64,000 nt of DNA from Sminthopsis crassicaudata. Its lineage: Eukaryota. The stretch spans positions 216,444,852-216,508,851 of the forward strand of contig NC_133620.1 of assembly GCF_048593235.1 (NCBI RefSeq), given 5' to 3'. The notes under the pieces are model-generated. The model did no database searches. It had not been told where the DNA came from and saw only the letters and a program-made list of their open reading frames with translations. The translations under genes and the position numbers were made by a program. Positions 1-12,290 of this stretch are shown one piece after another; positions within the stretch are counted from its first letter, which is position 1; every line of letters starts with the position of its first letter.

Positions 1-549
1 AAAAGGAGAGACCTTTCAGAGCTAACAAAGTAAAAATGAGTTAGAAGAGACAAAGATGTCAAAGAGAATGCTGGAGACGAGTTGAGGAAGAATTAGCTAA
101 GCTTTGAGTAGAAAAAGAAGAAAGAAAGACACGGGATTTATTACTTTGAAGACAAATGAAGCAGCACAGAAGAACCAGTCATTCACATGATTCTTTATAA
201 TAAGACCAAGATCTTTGGCCAAGAACAGCTTGCCTGCTATCCAGATCAAGGAAAAGAGTGCAGGAATTTTTAAAGAGATGGTAGAATCAGGGAGAAGAAA
301 AGTTCGTCAAGACATGAATACTTTCAAGTTGGTGTCAGTTTCTTAGAACTCATTATTATGATACACACATCTTTGATACTGAAATGACTTAAGAAGGAGA
401 AGTATGGTTAGAAATTTATTATCATTGCTGCAACTAATTCTGATATGCCAAATAACCTCTTGTCAATGATTTCAGTTGACCTGCCATCTCTTCTCTTCTG
501 TGGCAAGACCTGTGAGATTTTCTTAGCAAAGCTACTGGAGTGGTCTGCT

Positions 550-698
550 CTTTCCTTTCTGGATCATTTTATAGATGAGGAAACTGAGGACAATAATATT
601 AAGTGTCTATCCTGGGATAACATAATAAGTGCAGCAATTCAGATTTAAATTCAGGTCTTCCCATCTCCAGGCCTGACATTCTATTCACTGTATCATCT
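550..698 (-). mobile_element. MIR/CORE-SINE fragment
   Basis: Antisense CORE motif ttttatagatgaggaaactgagg, followed by gatttaaattcaggtctt (B-box reverse complement). Confidence 0.75.
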
Positions 699-1771
699 AA
701 ACCTTAAGGATAAAGTATTGTCTATGAGAAAGGCCAGAAGTCCAGGATATAGTCCTTCAATGGCTGAGTTGCAAAATATATTGTTGCTTTATGTAGCAAC
801 CTTATCAAATCAAGGGAAATTTTCTTAAAGGCAGGAACAGCAGGTTTGTAGAAAGGATAATGATAAATTTAATTCAAATTTAGCTAACCAGAGTCTGGAA
901 ACATAAGAAAGGATGAGCCCATAGCATAAAATTGGACTCCAAATTAATTTCCAGGAAGAAAATAGTAGCTTTAACCAGACAAGAAAACACAAGTCTTTCA
1001 TACTGTAGGTGAATGGTAAAACACATAAATATTTAAATAACAAGTTTTGGAAGCAGCATTTAACATTGTTTTACTCAGACTTCAAGTAGAGTGAGTGATA
1101 TGCCTTCCACCAATTCAATGAGGTACAGTTACTAATAGAATGAACTGAAGTCTCACAAAATCAGCCATCTTTGTATTTGTTGATTATTCATTTGGAGCAA
1201 CTGTAGCTGGTGTAATCATCAAGGAAGTACAGAATGAAACACACTTTTGGACTCACAGGGAAAGATATGTAGGCATATAAGAATAATATCTAGTGTTGCA
1301 TAGTACTTTAAAATTTGCAAAACATATAACAAATGTTATTTTATTTCATTCTTACAACCCTGGAAAGAAGATGCTATTTTTACTCCCATTTTAAAATTGA
1401 ATCCCATGACTGTACTGAACCAAACTTAAAAGTTCCTCAATCAGTTCTCCAAACACTATAGGACACTGAAAATAAAGTATGAGGAGGGTTAATTTGCACA
1501 TGCCCACATTAGAAGTCTTTTCTTTTTTCCATATAAGGCTGCTCTTACATGAAAGAAAGGAAGGCCCTAGGGAAATTAGTTGCAGCTGCTGCCCTCTAGC
1601 CATGCTCATATTTTAACAATTTATATTTAAAACAAGAAGAGCACCTAAATTTTTCTTTCTTAATCTTATTTGAGTTTTTACCACCTATAGGTTCCAGGAG
1701 CTCTTTTGGGACTGGGTTGCTGTTTTGTTTTATTTTGCTTGTTTTGTGTTTTTGTTGTTGTTGTTTTGGTA

Positions 1772-1832
1772 TTCCCAGTGCTTAATAGAGTATCTGGAAC
1801 ATAATAGGTGCTTAACAAATGCTTGTCAGGTG
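1772..1832 (+). mobile_element. L2 LINE 3' tail
   Basis: cccagtgcttaatagagtatctggaacataataggtgcttaacaaatgcttg resembles the L2 3' terminus. Confidence 0.65.
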
Positions 1833-2121
1833 ACTATTGTCTACCTAACTTGAAGCAGAATTAACAATGACTCAGGGTAGACCCCCTCTTTAGAAAAATC
1901 ACTTAAAGAACTTGGAAAAGAAGTCCAAGAAAAGCTTGCTTTAAAAACCAACAACAAAATACTCAGTTTCATTTTACTCAGATCTTATATAATTCAAAAA
2001 TATGTTGACTATTCTCCCTGGCTCTCCCCCAAAGAAAAATAAAATCCTAACTCATTTAAAACTCATCCCCAAAGTATGGTTCAGAGGGGAAGAATGTATA
2101 TTTTGATTTATTAGTTGGAAG

Positions 2122-2905
2122 TGATGAGATTAGGGTTCCTGGTGGTCAGGGAATTAAATGATTAGGTTAGTGGCAGGTTCAGGCTTCAGGGAACGAAATG
2201 AAGAGGTTTGGCTCCCCTAAATTCCCCTAGGATTCAACGCATGGCAGGGAATTTTGGGAACCCCCTTCTGGTGGTGCAGAGGTCCTTCGTAAAGTAATTT
2301 ACCAACTCAAAAAGCTAGACTGGTAAAAAGAAGTTTATTATTCGTTTTAGGAAGTCAGCCTTTGCTGTGCATGAAACTGAATTCCTTAGTGGCAAGGTCC
2401 TGGCAGAGAGATATAAAGTTTCTAGTAGAGAACTCCTGGCAGAGAGATAGAGAATTTCTAACAGAGAAATCCCTACAGAGAGGTATAAAGTCTTATTAAG
2501 GAAATAGGTGAAAAAGATAAAGAGAGGGTAACACTGAAAGAGAATATCATTTTAGCGGGAGGAGGTTGCTACTATGCCAGGGAGAGGTTCCTTGGCATGT
2601 TAGGTCCTCTGCAAGGACTGAGCCCCAGGTTGGCTCATTTTATAAGCTTTGGCTACAAGCTGGGGCTTGCTCTTGATGGGGGCTGGGTGTGATCTGAACT
2701 GGAAAATCTTGGAATTGAATGAGTCTCTGGGCTAATCTTTAATTCAATAGGGGTGGCATTCTCCAGCTCTGGGACTCAACTAGATAATAGAATGAAGCTG
2801 TTTGTCCTGTTTCCCTCCAGTGGGGTCTTTTACAAAGGCTAGGATTCAAGGAGAATCTCTCCTTAAAGGAGTTTTAGAGAGCATTTTGGGGTCTCCCCCT
2901 CGTCA
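2122..2905 (-). mobile_element. ERV solo LTR, antisense to EPHA7
   Basis: 784 bp GC-richer block bounded by TG...CA with short inverted termini TGATGAG/CTCGTCA. On the minus strand: TATAAAA (2638-2644) upstream of AATAAA (2334-2339). Contains internal 36-bp repeats. TSD is not clean (gaag/gagg). Confidence 0.7.
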
Positions 2906-5309
2906 GAGGGACTATCTGTAGATTGACTTTCCCATAAAATTACTAACCATTTAATTTTGGATTAGTCAGCTCTTTGGGCCTTCTTTTCCTCATTTGAGGA
3001 GTTTTACTTACATAGCTGATTGAAATCCTGTTTACACCAGATTGAAGATTCTCTGATAGAACCCTTTCATTGTGAAAAGGGGTACTCAGAGAAGGTTGTG
3101 GATAAATTTTTAATACCTACTTCATGATAGTAACCAGGTAGTTACTCAAAGCAATATTCTTTCACGATTTTTTTTTTCTTGATTATGGTACTCTCTTCTC
3201 TTCCAATGTTGCTGATTTTTAAGTTATCCTTTTCTCCCCTCCAGTTAAGGAAACTTTAATAAAGTTGCTTTTCACCCAATTCCCAGTGAAGTGTTATTGA
3301 AAACTTAAGTAGGTCAACAAATAGTTTCTGAGATGACTAGCTTTCATGAACAAGATAAATGGGAGTAAAGGTAATAAGGGCAGGGGTTTAGATAGTTCTT
3401 AAAATATTGCATTAGTAATCAGTTTCAGCCTTTGAAAATATAATCAGTTCATGGCTAAAATTTATATTCTCATTAATAAGTAGTTCTTGGGTTTCTACTT
3501 TTATTTAGCAGTAACCTCTAAGTTAAAAATTTTCATCTTTCATGTAAACATATCAATAAATTTTAAATTTGGGGTCTTTTTTCTTTCTTACTTCCTAGTA
3601 ACTCTTATAGTTATCCTGCTAAGATTATTCCAAATTGAGTGATTTTTTTTTAACATTTCAAAGAATTTTTTCACAACATATGGCCTTCAAAAAAAAAAAA
3701 AAAATGTCATTACCTTAGTCACTTCTGGGTACAGAACAAATCTAACTTGGAAAACTGCTAACTGTTTCCTTAATTTCCTCTGAGTTTTTAACCACACTTA
3801 AATTCAGATCCATAAAGCCAAATATAAGAATAATTATTTGAGTAATTCAGCTCTAACTCCTTCCTTCTGCTCTCCATATCCCTCCATTCCCACCAAAAGA
3901 AAGACAAAAGGAAGGATTTTATCAGAATTCCCTTGACAATTGCAGACACCTTTCTGTTGACAGACCCCATCCATAAATTAGCCACTTTTTAGTACCAGGG
4001 ATGTTTTAACTCTTCCCTTCCCTTTTCCTATTTCCATTTTAAGCTGTCTACATTGGAAATCTATATTAAACCAGGATTATATTTTGTAGTTCAGCTATTC
4101 ATATGGCCTCTAATTCTGGTACCTTTCCAATACAAATAGAAACTTTCAGTGGTTTCCAATAGTACAGACTTTCTTAACATTTACTTTCAGTTGCAATCAG
4201 AAGTTGTGATTTGTGGGATAGCGGAAGAGGAAATGAGAGAAATGAGAAGTCTTTAAGAATGTTAAGGGATTTCATATTGAAGAATATTAAATTCATTCTA
4301 CTTGGCCTCAAAGGAAAAAATATAATTTTAAGATAAAAATTGCAAAAGACTCAGATAAAGACATTGCAAGGAAAGTCTTTCTAATAATTTTAGGTACCCC
4401 AAAGTGTGGCAAGTTTGTGTCAAATGTCTTTCCCTTCATTAGATATAATCAAAGTCTGGGGGGGGGGGTTCCCTTTTAGAGTATGTCATAATATTGTAGA
4501 GAAAATTTGTGTTCAGAAATGTGAAATGATTTTAAAAATCTGTTTCAATTCTGAGATCTTATGATTTTGTGATTGCTGAACTAAATTCCAATTTGGTATA
4601 TGTATAGTAACAGAGAGATAAAATCTACATCTTCAGTTCTTTGATATTTCATATTGTGGCAGGATAAAGGAGCCTCTACTCCATAACAAACAATAATATC
4701 ATAGACTGTTATCTCATTTCTTTTTACATATTATAAACTGAAACCCATAGAAGTAAAATTATATATCCAATTTTTACCCTCCATGAAAATATCTTATAAC
4801 TTGAATCTCTCTAAAGGTAAAATAATTCCTTTGTAATAAGAAAGAGACTTCAGGATAGGTTATTCACTCATTTATCCCACTATAGTAGGCACTATTTAGT
4901 GTATTTCAGCTTTGCTGTTTATTTTTCATTGTAAGGAATAATTTCAAGCACCATTATACTGTATTTTATTCTGTCTTAAATTTCCAGTGCTCATACTAAA
5001 TTTTCTGAATTTTTGTCAGTATGATATGTTAGATAGAAGGCCACCTTTGGATTTAGGAGACCAAAGTTCAAATAATTCTAGTATCTGTTACACATTAGCT
5101 ATATGACTCTATGCCAGTCACTTAAATATTTTTGCCAAAGGCAAACTCTAAAATTAAAAATGGTTAATATGTATTAGGAAAGATTCTCCATACCGAGCAT
5201 ATCCCAAACTAATGAAATAACTGTTGCAGATTCCCCTCCTTTACATGATATAATTGTCCTTTGTCACAACTGGTTTTCTTTTCTTTGTGACTCATACAAG
5301 TTTTAGGAA

Positions 5310-5505
5310 GCATAGTGTTATGGAAAGAAAGTACCCACAAGCACAAGAATTTGGTATGTCTCACACTCTGGTATTATTACTTACTACATGTGTGATCAAT
5401 CATTTACCTTGCCTCAAGTGTTTTCCTGTTTGTTCCAAAAGTGGAAGAGAAGGAAGGAGTATAGTCTCAAAGATTCTTGATGACTCTAAGATCATAAACC
5501 TATGA
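5310..5505 (+). mobile_element. MIR3-like SINE
   Basis: Degenerate tRNA-like head and CORE, ending ...ctctaagatcataaacctatga. Confidence 0.5.
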
Positions 5506-7397
5506 GGATGTTGATTTTACACAAAAGTAAAGCTCGTGATCTCTAACTAAACTTCTCTACATTTCTCCTTTCACAGAAGCTTCTATCTAGAAAATTGTTC
5601 ATGTCAGTTGCTATCTTCAATTTCTTAAGTAGCTTTTTACATCATAATCTTATTCTTGAAAGTCAGTGAATATTTTCTGTATTTTTCCTTAAAAAATTAA
5701 AATCATTTTCAATATAGGGTTCATTAACTTTTCTTATAGTAAATATTTCTGTTCACTTCAAGTCTTTATTTTGTCAAATATTTGGAAGCAGTGTATTATT
5801 GTTGTACAATCACAGTTCTTTAGGCATTTTAATGATATGACTGTCAGTTTCAATGTTCTTGAAAACCCTCATAAAGGGTAATATAACATATTTTGTTTTT
5901 TTTAAACAAACCCTTTGTGCCATATCCTCCTATCTTCCAGTTATTTTTATATTTTTTGCAATTCAATTTCTCTCTCTTTTTTCTCTCTTTTTGTCTCTGT
6001 CTCTCTCTCTCTCTCCCTTCCATCTTTCTTTCCATAGAAATCCAAATGGTCCAGTTTGAAAGAAATAAATTTAAGTCTTAGTTCTTATGCCTGTCTTATC
6101 AGTTCATAATGTTCATCTTTTTTTCTATTATTTACTCCATTTTTAAATTCAGAATCTTAATATCTTTATGATATCTAGCATAAAAATAGAATGATTAGCT
6201 CAAGGAAAAGGCAATGTAAGAATATAGAATTCCAAGCTTCAGAGCAGTTATATATGCATATTATGGTGCTCTCTGGATTCCTAAAATAAGCATTTTACCA
6301 ATGTGATAAAGGACTAGCACTTATTTTTTTTTTCCAATGGCAATTTAAATGCATACCCATTTGAAAAAGTGTCATTGTAAATATTTGGAAAATCAATGAA
6401 ACTAATCATTTTAGGTAGCAATTTTCCATTATACTTTGCACAGTTTGGAAATATGTGGGTAAATATGTTTGCTTCCTGCTATATCTAAGTCAGTTGTTTC
6501 TATTACATTCCCTATTTTGAAAATCTCTGGGAGAGCATTAATAATATTGCCATCTACTGTATCCCATATGAACTTAAATATAGTTCCCTTGCTGCTGAAC
6601 TAACTAGAAAACTTAGTTATATTAAATATAATATATGATATAATAGTTATATTTGGTTTAAAAATTATACTGCATTTTAGCCTAATATCCTTAACCTTGA
6701 GTCTTTGAGCTTTTTTATATTTACTTTATTTTTTTCAATATATTTGATTTTCTTTGTTAATCTCATGTAATTTATTTTAAACATTTTAAAATATTTTTCC
6801 TATAATGTATCCATACTTTTCCCAGAGTTCAGGGGGGAAAATAAATAAATAAATAAAAAGCTTAAGAAATCCTGTCCTAGACAAACTTCTTTAATATTCA
6901 CAAGTGTTATGTATAAAATATACTGAATGTTATATGGCTATTTGAAAAATCTTTATTCAAACAAATTCTATTCTACTTGATCAATTTTGATCAAAATTAA
7001 AAATAAATCAATATGGAGGGCTGAAAACTTTACATTTTATTTTTTCTTCTATTAATGAGTATTAAAAGTCGGATACATTAAAAAAAACATAAGAAAAATG
7101 ATCATGTAAGAAGAAATAAGTTTTTAAAAAGGAGATTGGCAAAAATTTTGTCTGTAAACTTCTTTTTACCATTTATTGAATTCACACTGAAAGAAGCTTA
7201 TATTTCATTCAAAATATTAATGTCCATATTGTCTTGATTTTTTAAATCCTTTCTGACCTTCTTTATTATTTTGATATTGCTTTTGTATATTGTTTCATTG
7301 TTGCATTACATGTTGACCATTGTTAGTAATCTGATTATACACAGATAACTCATTCAGTGTTGTCAATCACTATTTTTAATGCCATTTTCACTATTAG

Positions 7398-7591
7398 GTT
7401 ATAAAAGCAATTGAAGAAGGTTATCGTTTGCCAGCACCCATGGACTGCCCAGCTGGTCTCCATCAGCTAATGCTGGATTGTTGGCAGAAGGATCGTGCTG
7501 AAAGGCCAAAGTTTGAACAGATAGTTGGAATTCTGGATAAAATGATCAGAAACCCAAATAGCTTGAAAACACCCCTGGGAACCTGTAGCAG
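7398..7591 (+). CDS. EPHA7: EPHA7 exon: end of tyrosine kinase domain (194 bp)
   Basis: ctattag|GTT...AGCAG|gtaagt. Translates [64 protein letters not shown](R), the EphA7 kinase C-lobe. Confidence 0.98.
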
Positions 7592-8142
7592 GTAAGTGCC
7601 AATTTCTATCAGGGATAAGAATTTGACATGTTGGAAAATTTTTGCACAGGATAAATTCAAGCTTTCTTAGAAAAGTGAATTATACTTGCAACATGAATGC
7701 TAGTTTAAATATAGTAATCTTTCCCCAAATATTCTTATTTGATATCTTGTTTAAATATGTTAAGCCTAACTACTAGTTTTAGTTTCCATTAACCAACTCC
7801 CCCCCATGAGAAGTTGCCATCTATGCCACATATTATCCATTCTTAGAAGGTGTGTCTTAAAAGACATTTTTCTTCTAGCTTTTTGTGACAAAGTAATATC
7901 CTGTTTAAATAATCATTTTTTTTAACCTATAATTTTATTTCTATCGCTCTAAATTTGTTTTTTAATTTTTCTTGAGGTAATTGTGCAGAGAACACATTTA
8001 TAAATGACAATACAATAAAGTAAGAAAGAGGAATATCTATTTAGTAAAAAGAATCATGACACTTAATTCATTTTCATGAGTAGTTTTCCTGGATAGTAAC
8101 ATAGGAGTTGTTATTTAGCCCCCAGCTGCCTTGTAATCCTGG

Positions 8143-8323
8143 TATTCCTTGGTTGTTATTGGTAGTAAGTTAGACCCTTCTAAAGGTGTATTAACTCATG
8201 CAGCCCACAAGGGTGCCATTACTACGGTGGAAGAGTAATTTACTAAATAGTCCCCTTGTGGCCTGAACAAGTTAGTGTAGCGCCAAATGTGCTTAATTTA
8301 CTAGCAGTTACTTCCAGAGAAGA
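8143..8323. repeat. Long degenerate inverted repeat (arms 8143-8220 / 8246-8323)
   Basis: Hand count: 50 of 78 positions Watson-Crick complementary with no gaps about a single symmetry axis (~8233). Confidence 0.85.
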
Positions 8324-8381
8324 AGCTGAGCAAATATTTACTGAATATAAATAGTGCAGTCTGTACTTAAACACATACACT

Positions 8382-8414
<33 letters not shown>
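8382..8414. repeat. (CG)3(CA)n microsatellite
   Basis: cgcgcgcacacacac... read directly. Confidence 0.95.
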
Positions 8415-8630
8415 TCAGAAGACTTAGCATAGTAGTTTTAAAATCTGAATAAAGACAAAATCTAGGTGGCTACAACTTTTATATTAAAAAGATAGTAGTA
8501 AAGGATTTTCTTTATTTTTCAGTATATAAAAACAAAGGAAACATAGCTGACAATTCTATTTGTGCCATAAATTTGTATTGTACCTTTACTTTGGTCAGTC
8601 AAGGTTTGCCTTGCTCTCGCTTTTAACTAG

Positions 8631-8786
8631 GCCAATTAGTCCTCTTCTGGATCAGAATACTCCTGACTTCACTACCTTCTGTTCTGTGGGAGAATGGTTA
8701 CAAGCAATCAAGATGGAAAGATATAAGGATAATTTCACAGCAGCCGGCTACAACTCTCTTGAATCAGTGGCCAGAATGACTATTGA
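8631..8786 (+). CDS. EPHA7: EPHA7 exon: linker and N-terminal half of SAM domain (156 bp)
   Basis: ttttaactag|G...ATTGA|gtaagt, phase 2 at both ends. Translates (R)PISPLLDQNTPDFTTFCSVGEWLQAIKMERYKDNFTAAGYNSLESVARMTI(E). Confidence 0.98.
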
Positions 8787-9309
8787 GTAAGTGTGAGTTT
8801 GAGTTATTTCAAGGGGGTTAGAGATCAAGTGGCTTATTGGGTTCATTTGAAATTATACTACTACGTCTGCCATGCTTAAAAAGTTAGTCTTTTCCAGCCA
8901 AGTGTCTTGTGCTGCAAACATGAGGCAAAAATTCATTCTGGACCATTTCTTTCCACTCCATATACCTTTAAGTTTACATATGCTGAGAAGCCTGTAGGGA
9001 AGAAAGTTTGTGCTTAAAGTGACAGTTTACGAACAGCAATCCTATTGGGCATAAAATTTGAACATACCATAACCAAAGTGCACCAAGGAATGCATTATGG
9101 TGATTCCTTTGAATTGAACTAGGGAACCATGATTCTCAACTTGTTATTTACTTAACCCAATTAATTTTTTTTGCTGAAATTTCTGCTGCAACACTTTGCC
9201 CTAAATGTCTTTGATGTTATTGTAAAGTGAATCAGTAACAACAGCAGCAAGCGTAGTAAAACTATTATTAATATAGTTCTTTATGATTTACAATGTAGTT
9301 TACGACTTT

Positions 9310-9500
9310 TTTTTTCACTTTATCAACATAACATTCATGGGAGGTAGATGATATTATTACTCTCATTTTATAGATGTGGAAATTGAGGCAAGCAGAAGTT
9401 AAGTGACTTACCCAGTATTATATAATTAATATCTAAAACTGAAATTTGAACTCACATTTTCCTTATTCCAGATCCCATGTTATATCCACTGCATCTCCTA
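9310..9500 (-). mobile_element. MIR-family SINE
   Basis: ctcattttatagatgtggaaattgaggc...aagtgacttacccag...atttgaactcac. Confidence 0.75.
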
Positions 9501-10280
9501 GTTTTCTGACATTTGGCTTGTCAAATCACCAAGTATTTTGTACCAGTTTGTTACTTCTTCCTATGACCTTTAGGGAATTCATTTAACCTCCAGAACTTTA
9601 TTTGTATCTAAAATGAAGAAAGCAGCAGCAAGCCTATGTATGTCAAAATAATGCTATAACATAATATGATTTTTTAAAGTGTAAAAATATATGCAAATAT
9701 GAAATATGATTCATTGTTTTGGTAGCCAACCAGTACTATGAAGGATCTATTCTACACTCAAGGGCAGATGATCATAGAATTAGAATCAAAATGAGACATT
9801 CCCAGAAGACATATACTTGATGCCATTGATCAGTAAATGTATACTGTTCATCTTTTTGATGGCATCAGTTTTTCTTGATTCTACCTCTGCTGGTCACAGC
9901 AGTGAGCCTGGAGATTCTCCCATATGTACTATTCAAAGAGTTACTACCTATGAACCAAAAGAGTTATCAAAATCCTACTATACAACAGCTGTGGAGCGCT
10001 TCAGTACTGTGTTATATTCAGACTTTAGAGGTCTCTATGCTGAATAATGCATACTATCCTACTTTTAACATCTATTTTGAGCCGAAAGGTCAAAGAAAGA
10101 AAGGAGTAAAAGAAAAACAAGCTTCAACTACATGTCTGAGAGGAATTCATTATTTTATGCACCTGACTTCAATATTCTCACCATGAATTTTTATGGCATA
10201 CAGTCATAACAATTTACTGAATTAAAGAAAATTTATAAGTAATGGTATCTTCAATAAGCACTTCATAAATAATGAGCTAG

Positions 10281-10584
10281 NNNNNNNNNNNNNNNNNNNN
10301 NNNNNNNNNNNNNNNNNNNNNNNNNNNNNNNNNNNNNNNNNNNNNNNNNNNNNNNNNNNNNNNNNNNNNNNNNNNNNNNNNNNNNNNNNNNNNNNNNNNN
10401 NNNNNNNNNNNNNNNNNNNNNNNNNNNNNNNNNNNNNNNNNNNNNNNNNNNNNNNNNNNNNNNNNNNNNNNNNNNNNNNNNNNNNNNNNNNNNNNNNNNN
10501 NNNNNNNNNNNNNNNNNNNNNNNNNNNNNNNNNNNNNNNNNNNNNNNNNNNNNNNNNNNNNNNNNNNNNNNNNNNNNNNNNNNN
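10281..10584. other. Assembly gap (N run)
   Basis: N characters. Other gaps: 11629-11830, 13051-13190, 30426-30565, 49928-50660, 63470-63614. Confidence 1.
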
Positions 10585-10834
10585 TTCAATTACTTCTAAA
10601 TTCTGCTACTACTACTAGCTAAGGTTTGATACCAGAGAACCTAGTTTCAAATTCACTCACTTGCGTATAATCACATTTAAAGCACCTGAGCTTTCATATC
10701 CTTTAAATAAAAAAAAAAGCAATAATACATAAAATGATGATTTCATTAGATTATATCTTAGTTCTCTTCCTTTTCTCCATCTTGTGATACCATGAATATT
10801 GCAACTCCTTTTCATGTGGCAAGTGGAAACATTT

Positions 10835-11000
10835 CTGTTTTTGGAGTCAATAAATATGAGCTTGAATTCTGGCTCTGCTACTTAAAACTTTTAAGGCTTC
10901 CTTGAACAAGTACATAATCACTCTGGGGTCTGAGGTTTGAAGGAATTTATATAGATGGTCCTTAAGGTCTTTTTCAGGCTCTAATTCTATGATTCTATAA
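10835..11000 (+). mobile_element. MIR3-like SINE
   Basis: gagcttgaattctggctctgctactt...aaggtctttttcaggctctaattctatgattctat (MIR3-type tail). Confidence 0.6.
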
Positions 11001-11305
11001 TGTACATAGATTCAAAGCTAGCAAATTTTAATTTTTGAACTGCTTATAAATTCAGTTATCAAAGATCAAATCAATAAAATCAAAATCATTTCACATAATT
11101 ATTAAACTGAGCATTTGAGCAATGAAATTTTTTGCAAAATTGAGCAAGACTTTAGGGCACAAAGCTGAATCATTTTTATAATAACATGAGGACAGTGACT
11201 GGTGGCTAAGATCAAAAGATTACTTAATGACATGATTGTTAGCAAGAAAACACCACATAACCACTATGTAAGGTAACTAATTGAAAATTTCTTTCTCTTC
11301 CCCAG

Positions 11306-11420
11306 GGATGTGATGAGTTTAGGGATCACATTGGTTGGTCATCAAAAGAAAATCATGAGCAGCATTCAGACTATGAGAGCACAAATGCTACATTTACATG
11401 GCACTGGCATCCAAGTGTGA
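11306..11420 (+). CDS. EPHA7: EPHA7 terminal coding exon: SAM C-terminal half, PDZ-binding motif, stop
   Basis: ctttctcttccccag|G GAT GTG...CAA GTG TGA (stop 11418-11420). Translates (E)[37 protein letters not shown]. Confidence 0.98.
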
Positions 11421-12290
11421 TAGACAAAATTTCTCCCTTATGAGGGAGGTGACAGACTGTGAGAGAACAGTACTGGCCTTCATTATAGGCGAGGAGTGCT
11501 GCTAGAAGACACTTGATTTGCTGGTTCCTTCCTGCAGTAAACAGATCTACAAGAAGCACCTAAAGACTTGAACTCCTAAGTGCCACCAGAATTCACAAAA
11601 AGGGAATATGGATCCACCACTGGTGGCCNNNNNNNNNNNNNNNNNNNNNNNNNNNNNNNNNNNNNNNNNNNNNNNNNNNNNNNNNNNNNNNNNNNNNNNN
11701 NNNNNNNNNNNNNNNNNNNNNNNNNNNNNNNNNNNNNNNNNNNNNNNNNNNNNNNNNNNNNNNNNNNNNNNNNNNNNNNNNNNNNNNNNNNNNNNNNNNN
11801 NNNNNNNNNNNNNNNNNNNNNNNNNNNNNNTTAAAATCAGTTTTGTTTATTCTTCATAAGGACTTTGTTTTAGTAAGTTGTTTATAGCTTTGGATCTTTT
11901 TAGTGTTAATTCTGTGACACATTACTACACTGGGTACCTTTGAAGGAATCTCAAGTTGTTAGAAACATAGAAAGCATGACTGAAAATGTATTTCCGTCGG
12001 AACATTGGTATTTTTTCTGTGCCATTTTCTTCTGTTAAATCAGTGCTGTTCTGACATGGTTTGCTAATTGGCAGGTCATCAAGAAAATGCAAGTTGCCAA
12101 GAGCTCTGATATTTTTAGAATACTTTTTTGTAAAAATCAGACACTATCTTTTCAATGAAAATTTAAAAGCAATAATGACCCCTAAATAGTATAAGGCACT
12201 TTTAAAAAAGTTATTTGTAGGATGATTTTACTAGACATAATTTAATAAGAAAGCTCAAATTGTAGATCCACAACTTTAAACAAAAAGGGG

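Noticed and set aside
1-7397. Preceding EPHA7 kinase exon (…[21 protein letters not shown]…)
   Set aside because: Not found by eye in this interval; it must lie upstream of the window.
7463-7660. 65-aa minus-strand ORF
   Set aside because: Antisense shadow of the EPHA7 exon.
8560-8630. N-terminal part of ORF 8560-8790 as coding
   Set aside because: Intronic. The real exon starts at the AG acceptor (8631), with correct phase and the expected 156-bp size.
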